Assembly (NCBI GenBank): GCA_951406725.2
Contig: OX597815.1
Location: forward strand, 84,134,001 to 84,198,000
Length of the DNA: 64,000 nt
Source of the DNA: Octopus vulgaris
Taxonomy: Eukaryota
Direction: 5' to 3'
Shown here: positions 1 to 13,332 of the stretch, in pieces
Position numbering within the stretch: position 1 is the first letter of the stretch
Layout: each line of letters starts with the position of its first letter
Position numbers and translations under genes: made by a program
The notes under the pieces: model-generated
The model's database searches: none
What the model was told of the DNA's origin: nothing
Seen by the model: the letters and a program-made list of their open reading frames with translations, nothing else

Positions 1-429
1 GTGTACATTATTGCTATTGTTACATTTATTGGTTATACTAATATTACGATTACGGAATTTAAATATCAAGGAAATGATTATAATTATTAACTTAGTCGAA
101 AGGGATAAAAGCAGTACCATAAAACAGCATCACCACCACCACAAACAACAACAACAATATCCCATCTCATGGTAGCTAAGTGAATCAAAGCGTCTCTCTA
201 CCTCAGGAAGCTCAGAAATAAGAGGGGCGGATACATGTTCGCAACAGACAGTGCATTGATGGTGATACAGTATTTATATAAAAGACGAGGTGGGACGTGA
301 AATACTTGTTTTCAAAGCTAAAACAATAAACTAGAAGTGCTTCCTAGGCAGTAGGAGGAGGAATTACAGGAGATCGGACCGATGTCTGACAAGATATGAA
401 AGCATTTACTCTAGCAGGGCATATGAAAG

Positions 430-1340
430 CAAATCCTGATGACGGAAATATAGGTAGAACAAGTATCGTTCGTTCTTCTCCACAACCTTTTGTTACAGTA
501 CATAGGGTTCAGGAATATAGAATCTTCATTTGCTCCCCGATCGAGTTTTATCTATCATGGCTGTTATAAAATTCGTCTTTACGGCTTGTTCCTGAAAAGT
601 TATAATTAACAGTTCGGTTTCCTGTTACAGCTTTTCATCTGGCAGCAATAACCGACGGTCTTTACTTTCACCATCCTTGGATTGTTGCATGAATTGGCCA
701 TATAATACTTTCTCTTTCGAGTTACTTGTTCTGTTGTTCTTTCTCTTCTTGAATTTCACCACTGTTTCAATGGATTTTGGAGCATTTCTGGTCGTCGAGA
801 GTAATCATTTCTAATTACGTACAATACCGTTCTTCTAGCCTCATGTTGCAATACTAACGGTGTCTTCTGCATTTAGTAATCATCTGCCTCCTTATTTTTT
901 CTTCATAGGTAATATCTATCGGTATTACCTTTAGGGCGGTGCGTGTTGTACATAGTGAGGAGCTTCCTAGTTTAATAGTTCTGTCTTTATCCATTTAAAA
1001 ACATGAGCAGTGGATCTTAATATTGGTCTTGGCTCATACATTCATGGCCTAGGTAATATTCCCACCATTTAATTTCGAGTCCTACCATAAATATTCTCTT
1101 GGACATTTTGGAGACTTTCTCTCTTATCTCCCAATCCATTTTCCAATCGTCTTGCAGCACTACTGGTTACTTTTAGCCCCTCGTTATTCTGCAGCGATCT
1201 CATAATATTAACGTGTGGTAATTTTATACCAACAAACTATATTTCGGTCTCTATTCATAGCTTACTCTGCACATTTATTTATTCCAAACCATAACTCAAT
1301 ATCCCTGCTAAGCACTTTTTTCTCTTTGGATTAGGGAATA
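430..1340 (-). mobile_element. Decayed fragment of an R4/Dong-like RLE non-LTR retrotransposon (post-RT region)
   Basis: Minus-strand translation gives SKLNGGNIT*AMNV (~1040-1079) and DRYYL*RK..GG (~885-925), resembling the LNGxN...AIN and RLYLPRKEGGRG motifs of this clade. Many stops; boundaries approximate. Confidence 0.6.
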
Positions 1341-1349
1341 TAAGCCTTC

Positions 1350-3700
1350 ATTATTATTATTCCTTCTTTTTCTGAGTTTTCTATGTCATGCCTCAACGCC
1401 ATCCCGCAGCCTAGAAACTCAACACTTTCCTCAACATATATACTGTTCCAAGTATCGCTACAAGCTGTGTACTTCATATGAAGTTTGGTATTTGCAGATT
1501 TTCATGCCAGAACATTGTTTTCTTTGAGATGGTCACAAGTGCACCGATCGCGATAGGTATCATACAAACTTTTCAGCCTCTATGGATGTTTCATTTTCAA
1601 TGGTAGATCTTAGTACTTCTCGATTTTCTAGTTCTCTGCCCTCATAATATCCTGGTCTGCAGGTATATCTATGTTGATGAAGATCCATATTTTGGATTCT
1701 TTCCATAGGAGGGTGATAACTGATCAGTTATGTTGCAGCTCCTTCTTAGATCAGCATATCCCGTGTGCTTTCCTCTGATCATTCTCTGCTCCTAGCAAAG
1801 GTTGGTGCTCATATCACTAGTGGAGACACTCTAGCCCCTACTTCTTTCACAACTACCAGTGTATTCGCACTTTCATTTTGTCATAGCGTTTTTTGTACTT
1901 CCTTTGAGCCAGATTTTAGCATGCACTAATAATGTCTAACCGTCTCTGGTAATATTTTTACATAGTCTACACAAAATTGATACTGCTATCTTATCACTTC
2001 TGCACTTGAGTGAACTGGTTCGTAAAGCTTCTTTTTGAGCAGCAAGGATGAATCGTTCTATCTCCTTTAAAATGGCATGTCTTTTCACAGAATTTGTACT
2101 TTTGGGTGTCATACGTTTTGTAGATGTAATACGTCACCGAATGGGTAAAAAGAGCTTGGTTTTGCGTTGCCGTTATAAGGCTTTCAATGATAAAGTTATA
2201 AGGCTTCAAATTGCCTTGCTTAAGTCATGTCAATGACGCTGTTTTCTCCTCGATATCTTGTATTTCTGTCAAGCTGACCGTGCATTCACATTTCGAGATC
2301 TTCTTTATTCTCTGCAACTCTTTGGTTAAACTCTTCCTTACCAAACATTTCATTTACATTTTTATCATATCTTCTGTTGCACATTGCCACAATCATTCGC
2401 CACTGTTTACTAATTATTCTATACGCGGTCTCTTTTCACTCCTTATGCAATAATCCGCACCGTTGAGACCTCTACCATCATTCTTTCTTTTCATATACAA
2501 TCTATTTATATTTACTTTAGGGTGTAAAGCTCCGTACAATGTCATTAACGTTTTCGTCTTTCAATCCAACTTACATATTTCTTCATCAGTGAAGCTGAGA
2601 AGAGACGCACTATATCTAACCACTGCAACTGTACAGATATCCATTGCAGTGACTAGGTTTCTTGCATCATCATCATCATCATTATCCAGTTGTAATTTTT
2701 ACTGTACTATCGAGCATTTGTGTGCTTTATTTTGGTTTTCTTTCAATCTCAGTATCAAATGTTTCTAAATAATATTTATACTATGCCTAGTAATGCTACT
2801 TTCTATATGCAATGCACATTTCTATATCATATTGTCCTAGTTATGTATTTGTCAGAATATTATTTTATGATTCCAAACGTGCATATTACTACAAGAATTG
2901 TTTCTACTTTCAGCTCTAACATTCGAGTTGCTTTGCTTTCCTTATTCTTTCTATTTGGATGAATACTGTATATCTGCGTAAAATACAATCTTTTAACATA
3001 TGTCGCAACAAATTCTTCCTTGTGTGATCATTACTTACTAGAAATTATTTACAATAATATGTAACCAATAATCCTTCATCATTGTTTGTGTTTTGATATA
3101 TCCTAGTGCATGGTCCATTTGACATTCTCGGAGTCCTCTTTTCATAATATATGACAACACTAGATCTTTTCTGTTTGTTGTCTCATAATACTGCATTCAT
3201 GCCCCTCTTTTTCCAACCGTAACAGAACGCGCACTATCCAGAGATAGTTGCCCCCGTAGTGTGAATCTATGTTACTGGACATACCTCATATTATTTTCAT
3301 CAGCCATACTCTTCCATGCTGGCTTAGAGCATATTGGAAGAGTGTATTAATCTTGAAGCTTTCCTTCTCCAGATTGATTTCTTTCACCACAGCTAAGAAG
3401 CTCAACCTACCCTTACAAAAACTTATTTAAGCCACAGATGAGACACTAACAAGAACTACCGTTCTGGATCACAACAGAGCTGGAAGTGATGGTAATTAAA
3501 AAGTGAGTTCCCACTACCCACAATTCCAGAGCTCCCGAACAGGTATCTGATCACCTGATGTAGCTTAGTCTTGCCCTGGATACATAATACTACATAGCTT
3601 CCAGTGTATGTAATCCATAACTCTGTCATATCTGTGGATGTAGCATTTCTTAGCTAGGAAGGGGGAGCCAGATTATGTGGTTAACTGTTTCTTGTTTATC
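1350..3700 (-). mobile_element. Decayed R4/Dong-like non-LTR retrotransposon (RT + RLE endonuclease, TAA tail)
   Basis: Minus strand: RLYMKRKNDGRGL (~2465-2503), an RLE-like IDIP-DQDI...KIEKY...IAIGALVTI region (~1525-1700), a terminal ILGT...RKVL, then a short (TAA)n tail at ~1350-1360. Confidence 0.75.
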
Positions 3701-3854
3701 GTCACATATCCTGTAGCTACTTACTGTTTCTTGTAAGCATTCATTGGTGAGTGGCAGCATGTTTTGAGTGTCTATCGCAATCAGGTGTTCTCAAGTTTAA
3801 GCCACTATCCGTTGCGACTTCTCTTTCACGTAATTAAATCTACTTTCAGTAAAC

Positions 3855-3930
3855 GTCATCATCATTATTATCAATGGATTCAGTATCATCAACATCGTCA
3901 TAATCATCATCACCACCATAATCATCATCG

Positions 3931-3964
<34 letters not shown>

Positions 3965-4011
3965 AATCATCGTCACAATCGTCGTTGTCGTCATAATCGT
4001 CGTCGTCGTCG

Positions 4012-4045
<34 letters not shown>

Positions 4046-4131
4046 TATCATCATCATCATCATCATCATCATATTCACCATCACCATCGTCTTCATCGTT
4101 ATGGCCATCATCATCATCCCCGTTATCAACA
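3855..4131. repeat. (CAT)n/(CGT)n compound trinucleotide microsatellite
   Basis: Direct reading; explains the poly-His/Asp/Met pseudo-ORFs. Confidence 0.95.
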
Positions 4132-4671
4132 TCAATATACATACTCTGAATCATTGTCATTAATTATAAGCTTGGCACCATCCTCATTATAAAGTCCAAT
4201 ATTAATTATTATTTTTCACTTTCGTTACTAATTCTTGTCATTTCTGCAATATATTTATATTCTTTGCAATATTTCATAATTATTTGCTTTGATTGCTTTA
4301 AGAATTTCTGAAGAATATGTTTCTATTATTTGTTAACCGAACTGGTACATTCTTAAGAGTGGGAAAGAATAATGTTCAGATTCGTAAGGGTGTTAAATGA
4401 AAATCTACTGACAGGGTATGTGAGGACGATATACTGTGCGTATGTTAAAGGGTGGAACGAAGTACCACGTGAAAATTATGAAAGCAAAAATAAAGGAAAT
4501 TGGAAATATAATGAAAGCAAGCGAGCGAGTGTGTGCGTATGTGTAGAAAGGACCGAGTGTGAATGTCTTGGCATGCGTGTGTGTGCATACAAATGACCGA
4601 AGGTGTGGCTGTGGAAGTAATTATATCTGGGTACTGAAACACTTAATGTTTTAATTTATTGTATACTTTCT

Positions 4672-4882
4672 AAGGCAGCAAGCTGGCAGAAACGTTGGCA
4701 CGTCGGGCAAATTGCTTTGCAGTATTTCGCCCGTCTTTACGTTCTAAGTTCAAATTCCGCCGAGGTCGACTTTGCCGTTCGGTGTCGATAAATTAAGTAC
4801 CAGTTGCGTACTGGGGTCGCTCTAATCGACTAGCTCCTTCCCCCAAATAAGTTCAGGTCCTATTCCTAGAGTACAAAAGAAT
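4672..4882 (+). mobile_element. tRNA-derived SINE, family A (Meta-domain-like centre)
   Basis: GCTGGCAGAA head, B-box-like GTTCAAATTCC and central GTCGATAAATTAAGTACCAG; homologous to 58755-58973 and 44990-45140. Confidence 0.8.
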
Positions 4883-5214
4883 TTATTGTATATTTTCTTC
4901 CTATTGGTTTTCTTATTTTGTTACTCCGTGTCTGTATTTATAACCTTGCATCGGAATTTGTCCCTCGCCATTCCTGTCCTGTAGGACACTAACATGTGGC
5001 ATTGGATCTAAGAGAAGCAGAGTCCATTTAACGAGTCACCTCTTATTAGGGCACCTAAGTGGACGCTTCTGCACCACAACTAGTTGCATAGTTTCGCACA
5101 TCCGAGCGATCGATACAGGATGTGTAGAAACGATCGTTGTGAACAATAATGTTTCTCGTGTATTCCATTTTTCGTCTCTGCTGCGTGTGTGCGTGTGTGT
5201 GTGTATGTGAATGC

Positions 5215-5260
<46 letters not shown>

Positions 5261-5489
5261 TCATTTCATTAATCTATATCCTTCTCATTTTCTTTATTTG
5301 TCTCTGGTGACAGAATATACCATACTCTGAGATAACCCAGAAACAGCTGATGACTTTGAATTTTTTCCAATAATGATATGTTTGCCTTGCCTTAACGCTT
5401 GTTGTCCTTGTTAACAATTATAACTATATGTGTGTGTGTGAGTATGTGTGTGTGTATGTGTATGTGTGTGTGCGTGCGTGCGTGTGTGT

Positions 5490-5802
5490 GGAGCCGCAAT
5501 GACCCATTGGTTAGGGTAGCGGACTCGCGGTCGTAGGATCGCGGTTCTGATTCCCAAACCAGGCGTGTTATGAGTGTTTATTGAGCGAAAACACCTAAAA
5601 GCTCCACGAAGCTCCGGCAGGGGGTGGTGGCGATCCGTGCTGTACTCTTTCGTCACAACTTTCTCTCACTCTTTCTTCTGTTGGCCTGCTCGCTTAGCCA
5701 GCGGGGTGGCGTCATTTGAAGCCTAAAACAATGCGAAGCGCATTGTGACCAGCGATGTGTATCAACATCTGATAGCCTGGTCGGTCACGGGGATCACGGT
5801 GA
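5490..5802 (+). mobile_element. tRNA-derived SINE (octopus OR-like)
   Basis: A-box-like TGACCCATTGG and B-box-like GGTTCTGATTCC; GC-rich body between (TG)n and (TA)n. Confidence 0.75.
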
Positions 5803-5869
5803 TATATGTATATATAATTGTTAAAGAGGACAACGAACGTTTCTATGCCTTTATCTCTCATTTTGTTTC

Positions 5870-6052
5870 AGTAACGTAACTGCGGCCCTGCTGAGGCACC
5901 GCCTTGAACGGTTTCAGTCGAACAAATTTGCCCCCGGACTAATGTTCTTTTTTGAAGCCTAGTAATTGCTTTATCGGTCTGTTTTGCCGATAAACACTCC
6001 AACACCAACACACCGGTTGTCAAGCGGTAGTGGGTCACAAGCAGACAGAAAG

Positions 6053-6134
<82 letters not shown>

Positions 6135-6296
6135 GACTGGCTTCTTTCAGTTCCCGTTTACCAAATACACTCACAAGACTTTGCGTGTCCCGAGACTATA
6201 GTAGAAGACACTTTCCCTAGATTCCACGTAGTGAGACTAAAACTAAACTCATATGATTGGGAAGCTTTTTCTTACCACACAGCCACACCTGCGCCT
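5870..6296 (-). mobile_element. tRNA-derived SINE, family B, with internal (TA)n(TG)n
   Basis: Head GGCGCAGGTGTGGCTGTGTGGTAAG, body GTGTCTTCTACTATAG, internal microsatellite, then an ACCGCTTGACAACC tail. Matches copies at 13333, 29101, 29435 and 57655. Confidence 0.8.
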
Positions 6297-6349
6297 CTAT
6301 ATTTATACACACATACACACACTCACACATATATATATATATGTATATA

Positions 6350-7838
6350 CTTTGTCTGAAGATATAATGAAAATTGGTTGTTTTCAATAAAATGAATGTA
6401 CATAGGAAGCTGAAATTTTAGGATGTTGGTTCAAATAATCCTTCTTAATTGTGACTGATCTGTTTTTCGTGAGTAATTGAGAATTTACCTAAATTGGCTG
6501 TCTGAAGTTATCATGCAAATGTTGGAATTATTTGCTCTGCGTGTCAGGACAATTAAAATATATGAACCCATTATGAACTTTTTACAAATTCAAAGAACAA
6601 TGTTGAAACAGAAACAATTTACACGTTGACACAACGACCATTCTTTTCAATCAACTTTACTAATCTGTTGTCCATCGAATTTGTTAGTTTTCCAATTTGA
6701 TCTGATGAAACTGCAGCTGTAATACTTTGTATAGCATCCCACAGTTCTACCTTAATGTTGTACTGTTAGCCTCCTTCATAGAGTTTCTATTTGACGATTG
6801 ACCAGAGGTTTTCTATTGGGTTCAAGTCAGGGCTTGACGGTGGCTGCTCCAATATTTTGTCTTCGGCAAATTGTTTGTGCTCAAGAAATTCACGAAATAG
6901 GCGAGAAGCATTGTCATGCATAAATATACACTTTGTCATGAAACTACGGGGCTGACGCTTGTACCATTCAAAGAAATTTTGATCCAAGAATTCACAATAA
7001 TTAGTACTGTTGATTTTTACACCTTTGTCAACATTAAATGGTCCAATGATGGCGCTATTAACAATACCAGCTCATATCATTACACCACCACCTTCTTGTT
7101 GCAGTCTTCTCATCATAGGAGCATCTTGGCCTGAGAACCCATCCTTTAGTCCATCCATCTGGACCATCTAATGTGACCCGCGATTCGTCGGTGAATATGG
7201 CATATCTGAAACCTGTTTGTAGGTACTCTCTTGCCAACATTTTTTAGACGTTTATCAATATTAAATGGAGGTATAGGAGGCTGGCGAGGAGATTTTTTTC
7301 ACAAAACCAATGTCGCGAAGGATGCTACACCTCTTGACTCTCTTTACTTCAACAATCCCAGCTATATTAAATAACTTATCACTACCGAGTAATGGGTTTT
7401 TAGCGACAATGCGTTTCAGCTGAAATTTATCTCTCATAGACAAATTCTTGAACCTCTTTCCAGACCTTGGTTTCCTGTTCTTTGTTATATCTTCAATTGT
7501 TTTCTCGAGTGTTCGGTGATCTTGGCCAAGTTGCTTCGAATTGTTTAAAGATGTCATACCATCACTTAAACGCTTAGTTAGTTTCTGCTTTGCAGACACT
7601 GTAATATCTTTCTTTTTATCCATGATTATATTATGACCTGCAAAATAACAAAAACGTATCATTAACACTGTAAAAATATGAATTCCAACATTTGCATAAT
7701 AACTTCAGACGGTCAATTTCCGTAAATTCTCAATTATTCACGAAAAACCGTGGCCACAATTAAGAAAGAGCATTTGTACCAACATCCTAAAATTTCGGCT
7801 TCCTATGTTTTATTAAAAAACTGATTTGCATATATTCA

Positions 7839-7845
<7 letters not shown>
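6350..7845 (-). mobile_element. Tc1/Tc3-like DD34E transposon, frameshifted, with long TIRs
   Basis: ORF pieces IFTDESRVTLDGPDGW, FMHDNAS and PPSSPDLNPIENLW; inverted repeats ~6350-6530 and ~7680-7845; TA at 6348-6349. Confidence 0.9.
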
Positions 7846-7934
<89 letters not shown>

Positions 7935-8137
7935 TTGTGTATCTACGCTGCTCGTGTTACATAAGCCCCTGTGTTTATATTTCCTATTGTGCCGTAACAT
8001 AGTCGTTCAACAAACAGCGATTACTAAACTGAGTATCAGGTGAAGGTCGTGTTTTGGGATTGATATAGACTAAAACCCTAGCTATGTTATCACAGCTAGG
8101 CCACACTCAATAGCTGACGCCAGTAAAATGATGAGTA

Positions 8138-9275
8138 CATGATGCGTACGATATCTGAGGACAGATTTATGTTTATAAAACAAAAAAGTTCTATAACAGA
8201 TAATATTTTTATTTATCAAAAAATGCTTCTATATGAGATCTAAATTATCTACATAGTCGAATCCAGCGGTCCTGGTTCATTTTGAACATTACTCTGACCA
8301 TGGAAGCTTTCAAAGAATCGTTGGTGTTATGGGCCTGTTCTTCGATCTATCTCTCAGCAACGCTCCAATGTGTTGAAATCTGGGAAATTAGGAGGCTAAA
8401 TGTTAGGAGTTACGTGATCATGAAAATTTTCCGCCATCCATTCCTGTGTTACTAGAGCCATGTTCATTAGTGCAGAGTCTTACAGAAACATATATGGCCT
8501 TCCATTGCATAAACTGTCTATCCAGAACATCAATGTAGGCAGCAGAGTTAATTTTGTGGCCTTGTGGAGAGAAGTAAGGAGGTATCACATGTCCTTCATT
8601 GCTGACAAGCCCTAAAACCATGACAGTTACAGGAAATTTTTGTATGCATAACATTTGGAGCTTCAGGAGGGTCTACTCATAACCATCTGTTATTTCTTCT
8701 GTTAACATTTTGATCTTGGTCGAAGTATTTCACGTTTGAAAAAATCTAAATCAAATCTTCTTCCGGATTTTACAGCTTGTTTAAGAACTTTTTATGATCT
8801 GATATAGTGATTTTCTTTTGCTTTTTCTGACAAATTGACCTTTCTTCATCATATACTGTCTTCGTGGACAACATTTCTGCTTGTTCCTTCTGACACATGG
8901 AAATCTTTTGCAATTGACTTCATGGACTTTCTGAGATTGTAATGAATGGTCTGTTGAACTTGTTGGATGAATTCAGATGTTCTGATGATTTCAGAGCATT
9001 TAGAATACTTTCTATGTTTTGATACTTGTGATACATTTCCATCTTCAGTCTCTAGCTTTGTAGACGAAAGATCTGGCAAATTTTAAAAATCGAATTATTT
9101 CTAAATCGCTATGCTCAGCCTTTATAACCACAATAATAGCATGCCTCTTCATTTCTTGAGCAAGCTGAGTGGGGTCTGCCAATATTATTTTCTGAAATAG
9201 AGATTATACAGAGTTAGCAAAAAATGCAGCAATGACCCTCAAAAAGGTATGTCCTGAAGTACTTTACGCACCCTG
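8138..9275 (-). mobile_element. maT/DD37D-like Tc1-mariner transposon, decayed
   Basis: VMVLGLVSNEGHVIPPYF and RKSMKSIAKDFHVSEGT fragments; CAGGGTGCGTA end at 9275 with a degenerate partner at 8138; homologous to 23621-24430. Confidence 0.8.
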
Positions 9276-10404
9276 AACATGTGTATAGATATTTATATAC
9301 GGCGTAACTATCGAATGTAAAAGAAAATGTGAGCGGTAGATATAGATAGACAGAGAAGTCTACAGAAATTAACGGATATGAGAGATAGACAGAGAGAAAG
9401 GTGGTAGGTGAATGGAATTTACGCCATACTGAAGGAGCTAAAAATGAATGAAGAAATCTGAAAAGATAGGAAAATAAACTGAAGAGAAGGGGGAATGCCA
9501 TTGTGCAACATTATTTGTAAGTATTTATGCATATACATACATATGTACGTATGCATGTTGTGTATGGGTATATGAGTATGTACATGTACATATATTTGTA
9601 TGATGGATGGATGAATATGGATGTGTGTGCATACATCTCCATGCATATTTCTATGCGAATTACTGCACTACTGTGTACTGATTTAACTATGTCGAAATTT
9701 TAATTGGTTTCAAGAAGCTTTGTTAACAAGACGTTTCTTCCACTCTTTCTCTCTCTTTAAAGACTTTTGCATAAAATTTGGCTTAGCGTCCTTCTGTTAC
9801 TAGTTCTTCAAGTCCTAATTTAATGCTAATTACTTAAGATATCAGATTCATTTTTCGGCTAAATTTTTCTTCGAAATATCTTCGTGCATGAATATTGTTC
9901 GTGATTTTGTATAAATCCGCATGCAAGAATGTGTGTCTGAATCATTTTGTGTGCATATATATATAGTAATGATAGACGGAGTGATTACGCATATGTTTAT
10001 GAGAGTGTAGGGAGTATGTGTGCTTTACTTTCCCTTGTTATATCCCAAAGAAGCCAATTAGCAATCTATGAGTATTTTTAACCTAAATTTTTAACAACTT
10101 TCCCCATTCAACTCCGTACACACCTAACCCACAATCTGTCTCTACCCCTCCATCTCTATCTCTCTCTCCCACTTTCTATCACCCCTCTTTCTCTCTATGT
10201 GTGTATCTACTTTCTATGTACATTTTACTCCAATCCTATTTGCATATCCCAAGGTAACCAGATGCTTATCTATGTTTGTGTATATTTGTGTGTTTGTATG
10301 TGTAGGTGCGTGCGTCTCATATTTGCTGTATATAAAGACCTGTATGCAACCTACTAATATTTTACAAATATTGCTGATGAAACTTTCATCAAGACGTGTA
10401 TATT

Positions 10405-10500
10405 TTCCAGGTAGTGCTATCAAGTTAGACATGGCCTGGGCTAATTCTGGTCGAAACATCTAAATATCCAAGTATCTAAGTGTTAAGTATCTAACTATCA
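10405..10500 (+). mobile_element. Truncated 3' end of a CR1-like LINE
   Basis: Matches ~50750-50822 (CCTGG...TGGTCGAAACAT) and ends in a TATCTAAG-like repeat tail. Confidence 0.65.
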
Positions 10501-11255
10501 AAGTGTATGTGATTGAACGACAGTAATAAAGACCGATGCTCGCAAATTCGGAACAGCATATAGATATATTCTTTCAATCTAACTAGATTTATTGTCTATT
10601 TTCTTTGTAGCGGCTTATTGATTCGCCTTCGCATGGTATTTCCCTTCTTATGGAGAGTTCTCACAATTTCCCCTTAGATAACAGAATAATTGCAAGTACG
10701 ATCGCGAAGTAAATATTCTCGTATATCCCATTTTGTGAAGGTCCCAAATTTTCTAATAGCTTCCATTATGCTGAGCGCACTGGCAAATGTTTTTGCTCAG
10801 TAAAACGTTTCGAGGTTATTTTTGCTGTGTTCACCAGGCAGTATTCGCAATTTACACAGTGTGTTTTCATTTTGTTTCTTTTTGTTCAAGTTCTGTGAAT
10901 TTTGTATATAGATACAGAAATACACACACACACCGATATATGTGGGTGTGTGGGAGATGGCAGAATTCTGGTTTGAACATTCCATATAATCCTTTATAAC
11001 TTTTTCTAATTTTCAGAAATTTTCACAAAAATTTGTATTCTATTCACTGAAATTTATATGTTTATAAAATTTATTTTTTAATTGTTTAGCGCCCTCTCCT
11101 CCCCCTAAATTCTAAAATATCCACTCTGTTTCGAATTTTTCTTTGAAAATCAGAGTTTAAAATATGGACAGTACGAATATTGTTCTTAAATCCCAGCAGT
11201 GAACCTTCCTTGTGTGCATCATTAGTCCATGTTGTTGTTGTTGTTGTTATGATGA

Positions 11256-11690
11256 TTGAGTAAAAGAGCAGTGCATGTCATCATAGTGACACTGAGTAAA
11301 ATATACGAAGCCCAATATACCTATCATGACTACCCGTCTCATAAGAGATTCACCAGGTACGTGCATCACCACCATATGTGCACGACATGGTGATCTGCAA
11401 AACCTTGCAGTTGGGTCCACTTTGAATCTCGCTCAAAAGGTCCTTGAATAAGGGTTGTTTAAGATTGTTGAACAAAACACACATGTTTTCAAAGATGAAT
11501 TATCAAAACCCCGAAGAATTTCTCTCAACAAACAGCTATGACGCTCCCCGCCTTCCTCTGCTCGTGATCAGAGATGCACATACCTTTAGCTACTAAGGGA
11601 CATGCTCATCAAGTTTAGGTCAAGCAACAGACAAGCAAATATGTTACTGAGCAGAATATTTGCTGTAGCCCGTCTATAATACAAAACAAT
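11256..11690 (-). mobile_element. Dispersed repeat, probable 3' part of a non-LTR element
   Basis: Shares sequence with 62040-62207 in opposite orientation; its terminus ATGCACTGCTCT..ACTCAAT recurs at ~38402-38425 next to (AAT)n. Confidence 0.55.
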
Positions 11691-11700
11691 GTACATGATT

Positions 11701-11898
11701 CGTTTCTATTTTTAAGAGATGACGAATTATGTACATTATTTACATTATTTAAATTTAACCGCTATTTGTCTTCATCTTGTTTGTTGTTAACACACCGTTT
11801 CAGCTGATATACTCTCCGGACTTCATCAGATGTCTTGAAGGAATTTCGAACCTGTGTTCTCATTCCTAAGGTATTTTCGATGTTATTATTATTATTAA

Positions 11899-11964
<66 letters not shown>

Positions 11965-12128
11965 CATTATTTTTATTATTATTGTTATTATTATTCAGGT
12001 CACTGCCAGGAATCGAACTCGAAATCTTGGGGTTAGTAGCCCGCCCTCTTAACCACTATGACATATGCCCGTGGGCAACAAACAAAATGAGGACAAATAT
12101 CCGTCATATTTAAATAATGTCAATAATG
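11701..12128 (-). mobile_element. tRNA-headed SINE with hammerhead-bearing tail, 5' inverted tail copy and 13-bp TSD
   Basis: tRNA-like head 12070->11997 (CATAGTGGTTAAG...GAGTTCGATTCC), (AAT)n, hammerhead 11834->11789, tail to 11701. 12076-12128 is an inverted copy of the tail. AATGTACATGATT occurs at 11688-11700 and 12129-12141. Confidence 0.8.
11789..11834 (-). ncRNA. Degenerate minimal type I hammerhead ribozyme
   Basis: GACAT-CTGATGA-AGTCCG...CAGCT-GAAAC-GG-T-GTGTT. Stem I pairs (two G.U); stem II and U16.1 are mutated. Confidence 0.55.
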
Positions 12129-13285
12129 AATGTACATGATTGTTATTATTATCATCATATCATCATCATCCTCCTCCTCATCATCATCATCATCATCATC
12201 ATCTTCGCATCATTTCCATTTTTATTAAGTGGTAGTACAGTTTGTAGTGTTATTGTAACTGTAATTTTAATCATCATTACTATCATCACTTATATTATCA
12301 TTATTATTATTATTATTATCATCATCAGCAATCATCATCATCATCATCATCATTATTATTTTTATTATGTCTTTTCGTCATCAAATATCGTTTGCATGGC
12401 AATCTCATTAATTTATTTCGAAAGGAATAAGCAGGTACTCTTATGCCTTTACAGGACCTATATTTAAATACCACAATATTGTTGAGATTTTATATGATCG
12501 ACATTTGACCTAGATATGATAGATTCAATCTACTTTCGTATATATACTAATGAATAGTGTATATAAAATTAATGATTGCTTTAAGACAATCGAAACAAAC
12601 AGCAAATTTGAGGGGATGTCGCAGGAATTACTTTAGTTGGATAGATGATCAAAGTAAAAACGAAATTTCTAAATCCAGTGTTTAAATTTCTGCAGTACCC
12701 TTTAAACACACACATACACACACATAAACAGATAGATAGATAGATAGAAAGAGAGAAAGAGACAGACAGACAGACAGAAGCAGAAAGATAAGCACATGCA
12801 TACATATATTCATACATACTTATCTCACACGTATGGGTTCCATACAATATTCATATCTAATAAAAGAACTAATTTATAGTATACATCATACCAGTTACAT
12901 GACAAAGATTTTATAGTAATGTGATGTGGGATGAACTGTAATAATTATTCGATAAAGTTCAGTATTTCTAGTGTAAGATATCCCAGGAACATACAGTAGC
13001 TCCGTCGTAGACATTTTCCACCGTTTTGTAAGAACATGATCTTAACTATAATAAAAGCTCATTTGAACGCCAACAACATTTGAACATCAACAACATTTAA
13101 CACAATCATGAGACATCGGCTTCCACATGGACTCTGTTCTCGCAAATTTTATCATAGGCTATTCGCTTTTTACCCATCACGAAGACTAGTTCTTAAGATT
13201 AACCTTTCCTATTACAGAACATCTAAGACCACACACACACGCGCGCACACATACGCACACCACAAACAGACACAAACGCACACAA

Positions 13286-13325
<40 letters not shown>

Positions 13326-13332
13326 GTATACG

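Noticed and set aside
432-455. CTGATGACGGAAA hammerhead-like string
   Set aside because: No stem I, II or III pairing.
3764-4192. His-, Asp- or Met-rich ORFs, and all other poly-amino-acid or [12 protein letters not shown] ORFs
   Set aside because: Translations of simple repeats that are open in several frames; no coding evidence.
11997-12070. tRNA gene
   Set aside because: Poor acceptor stem, degenerate A box and embedded in a TSD-flanked repeat; treated as a SINE head.
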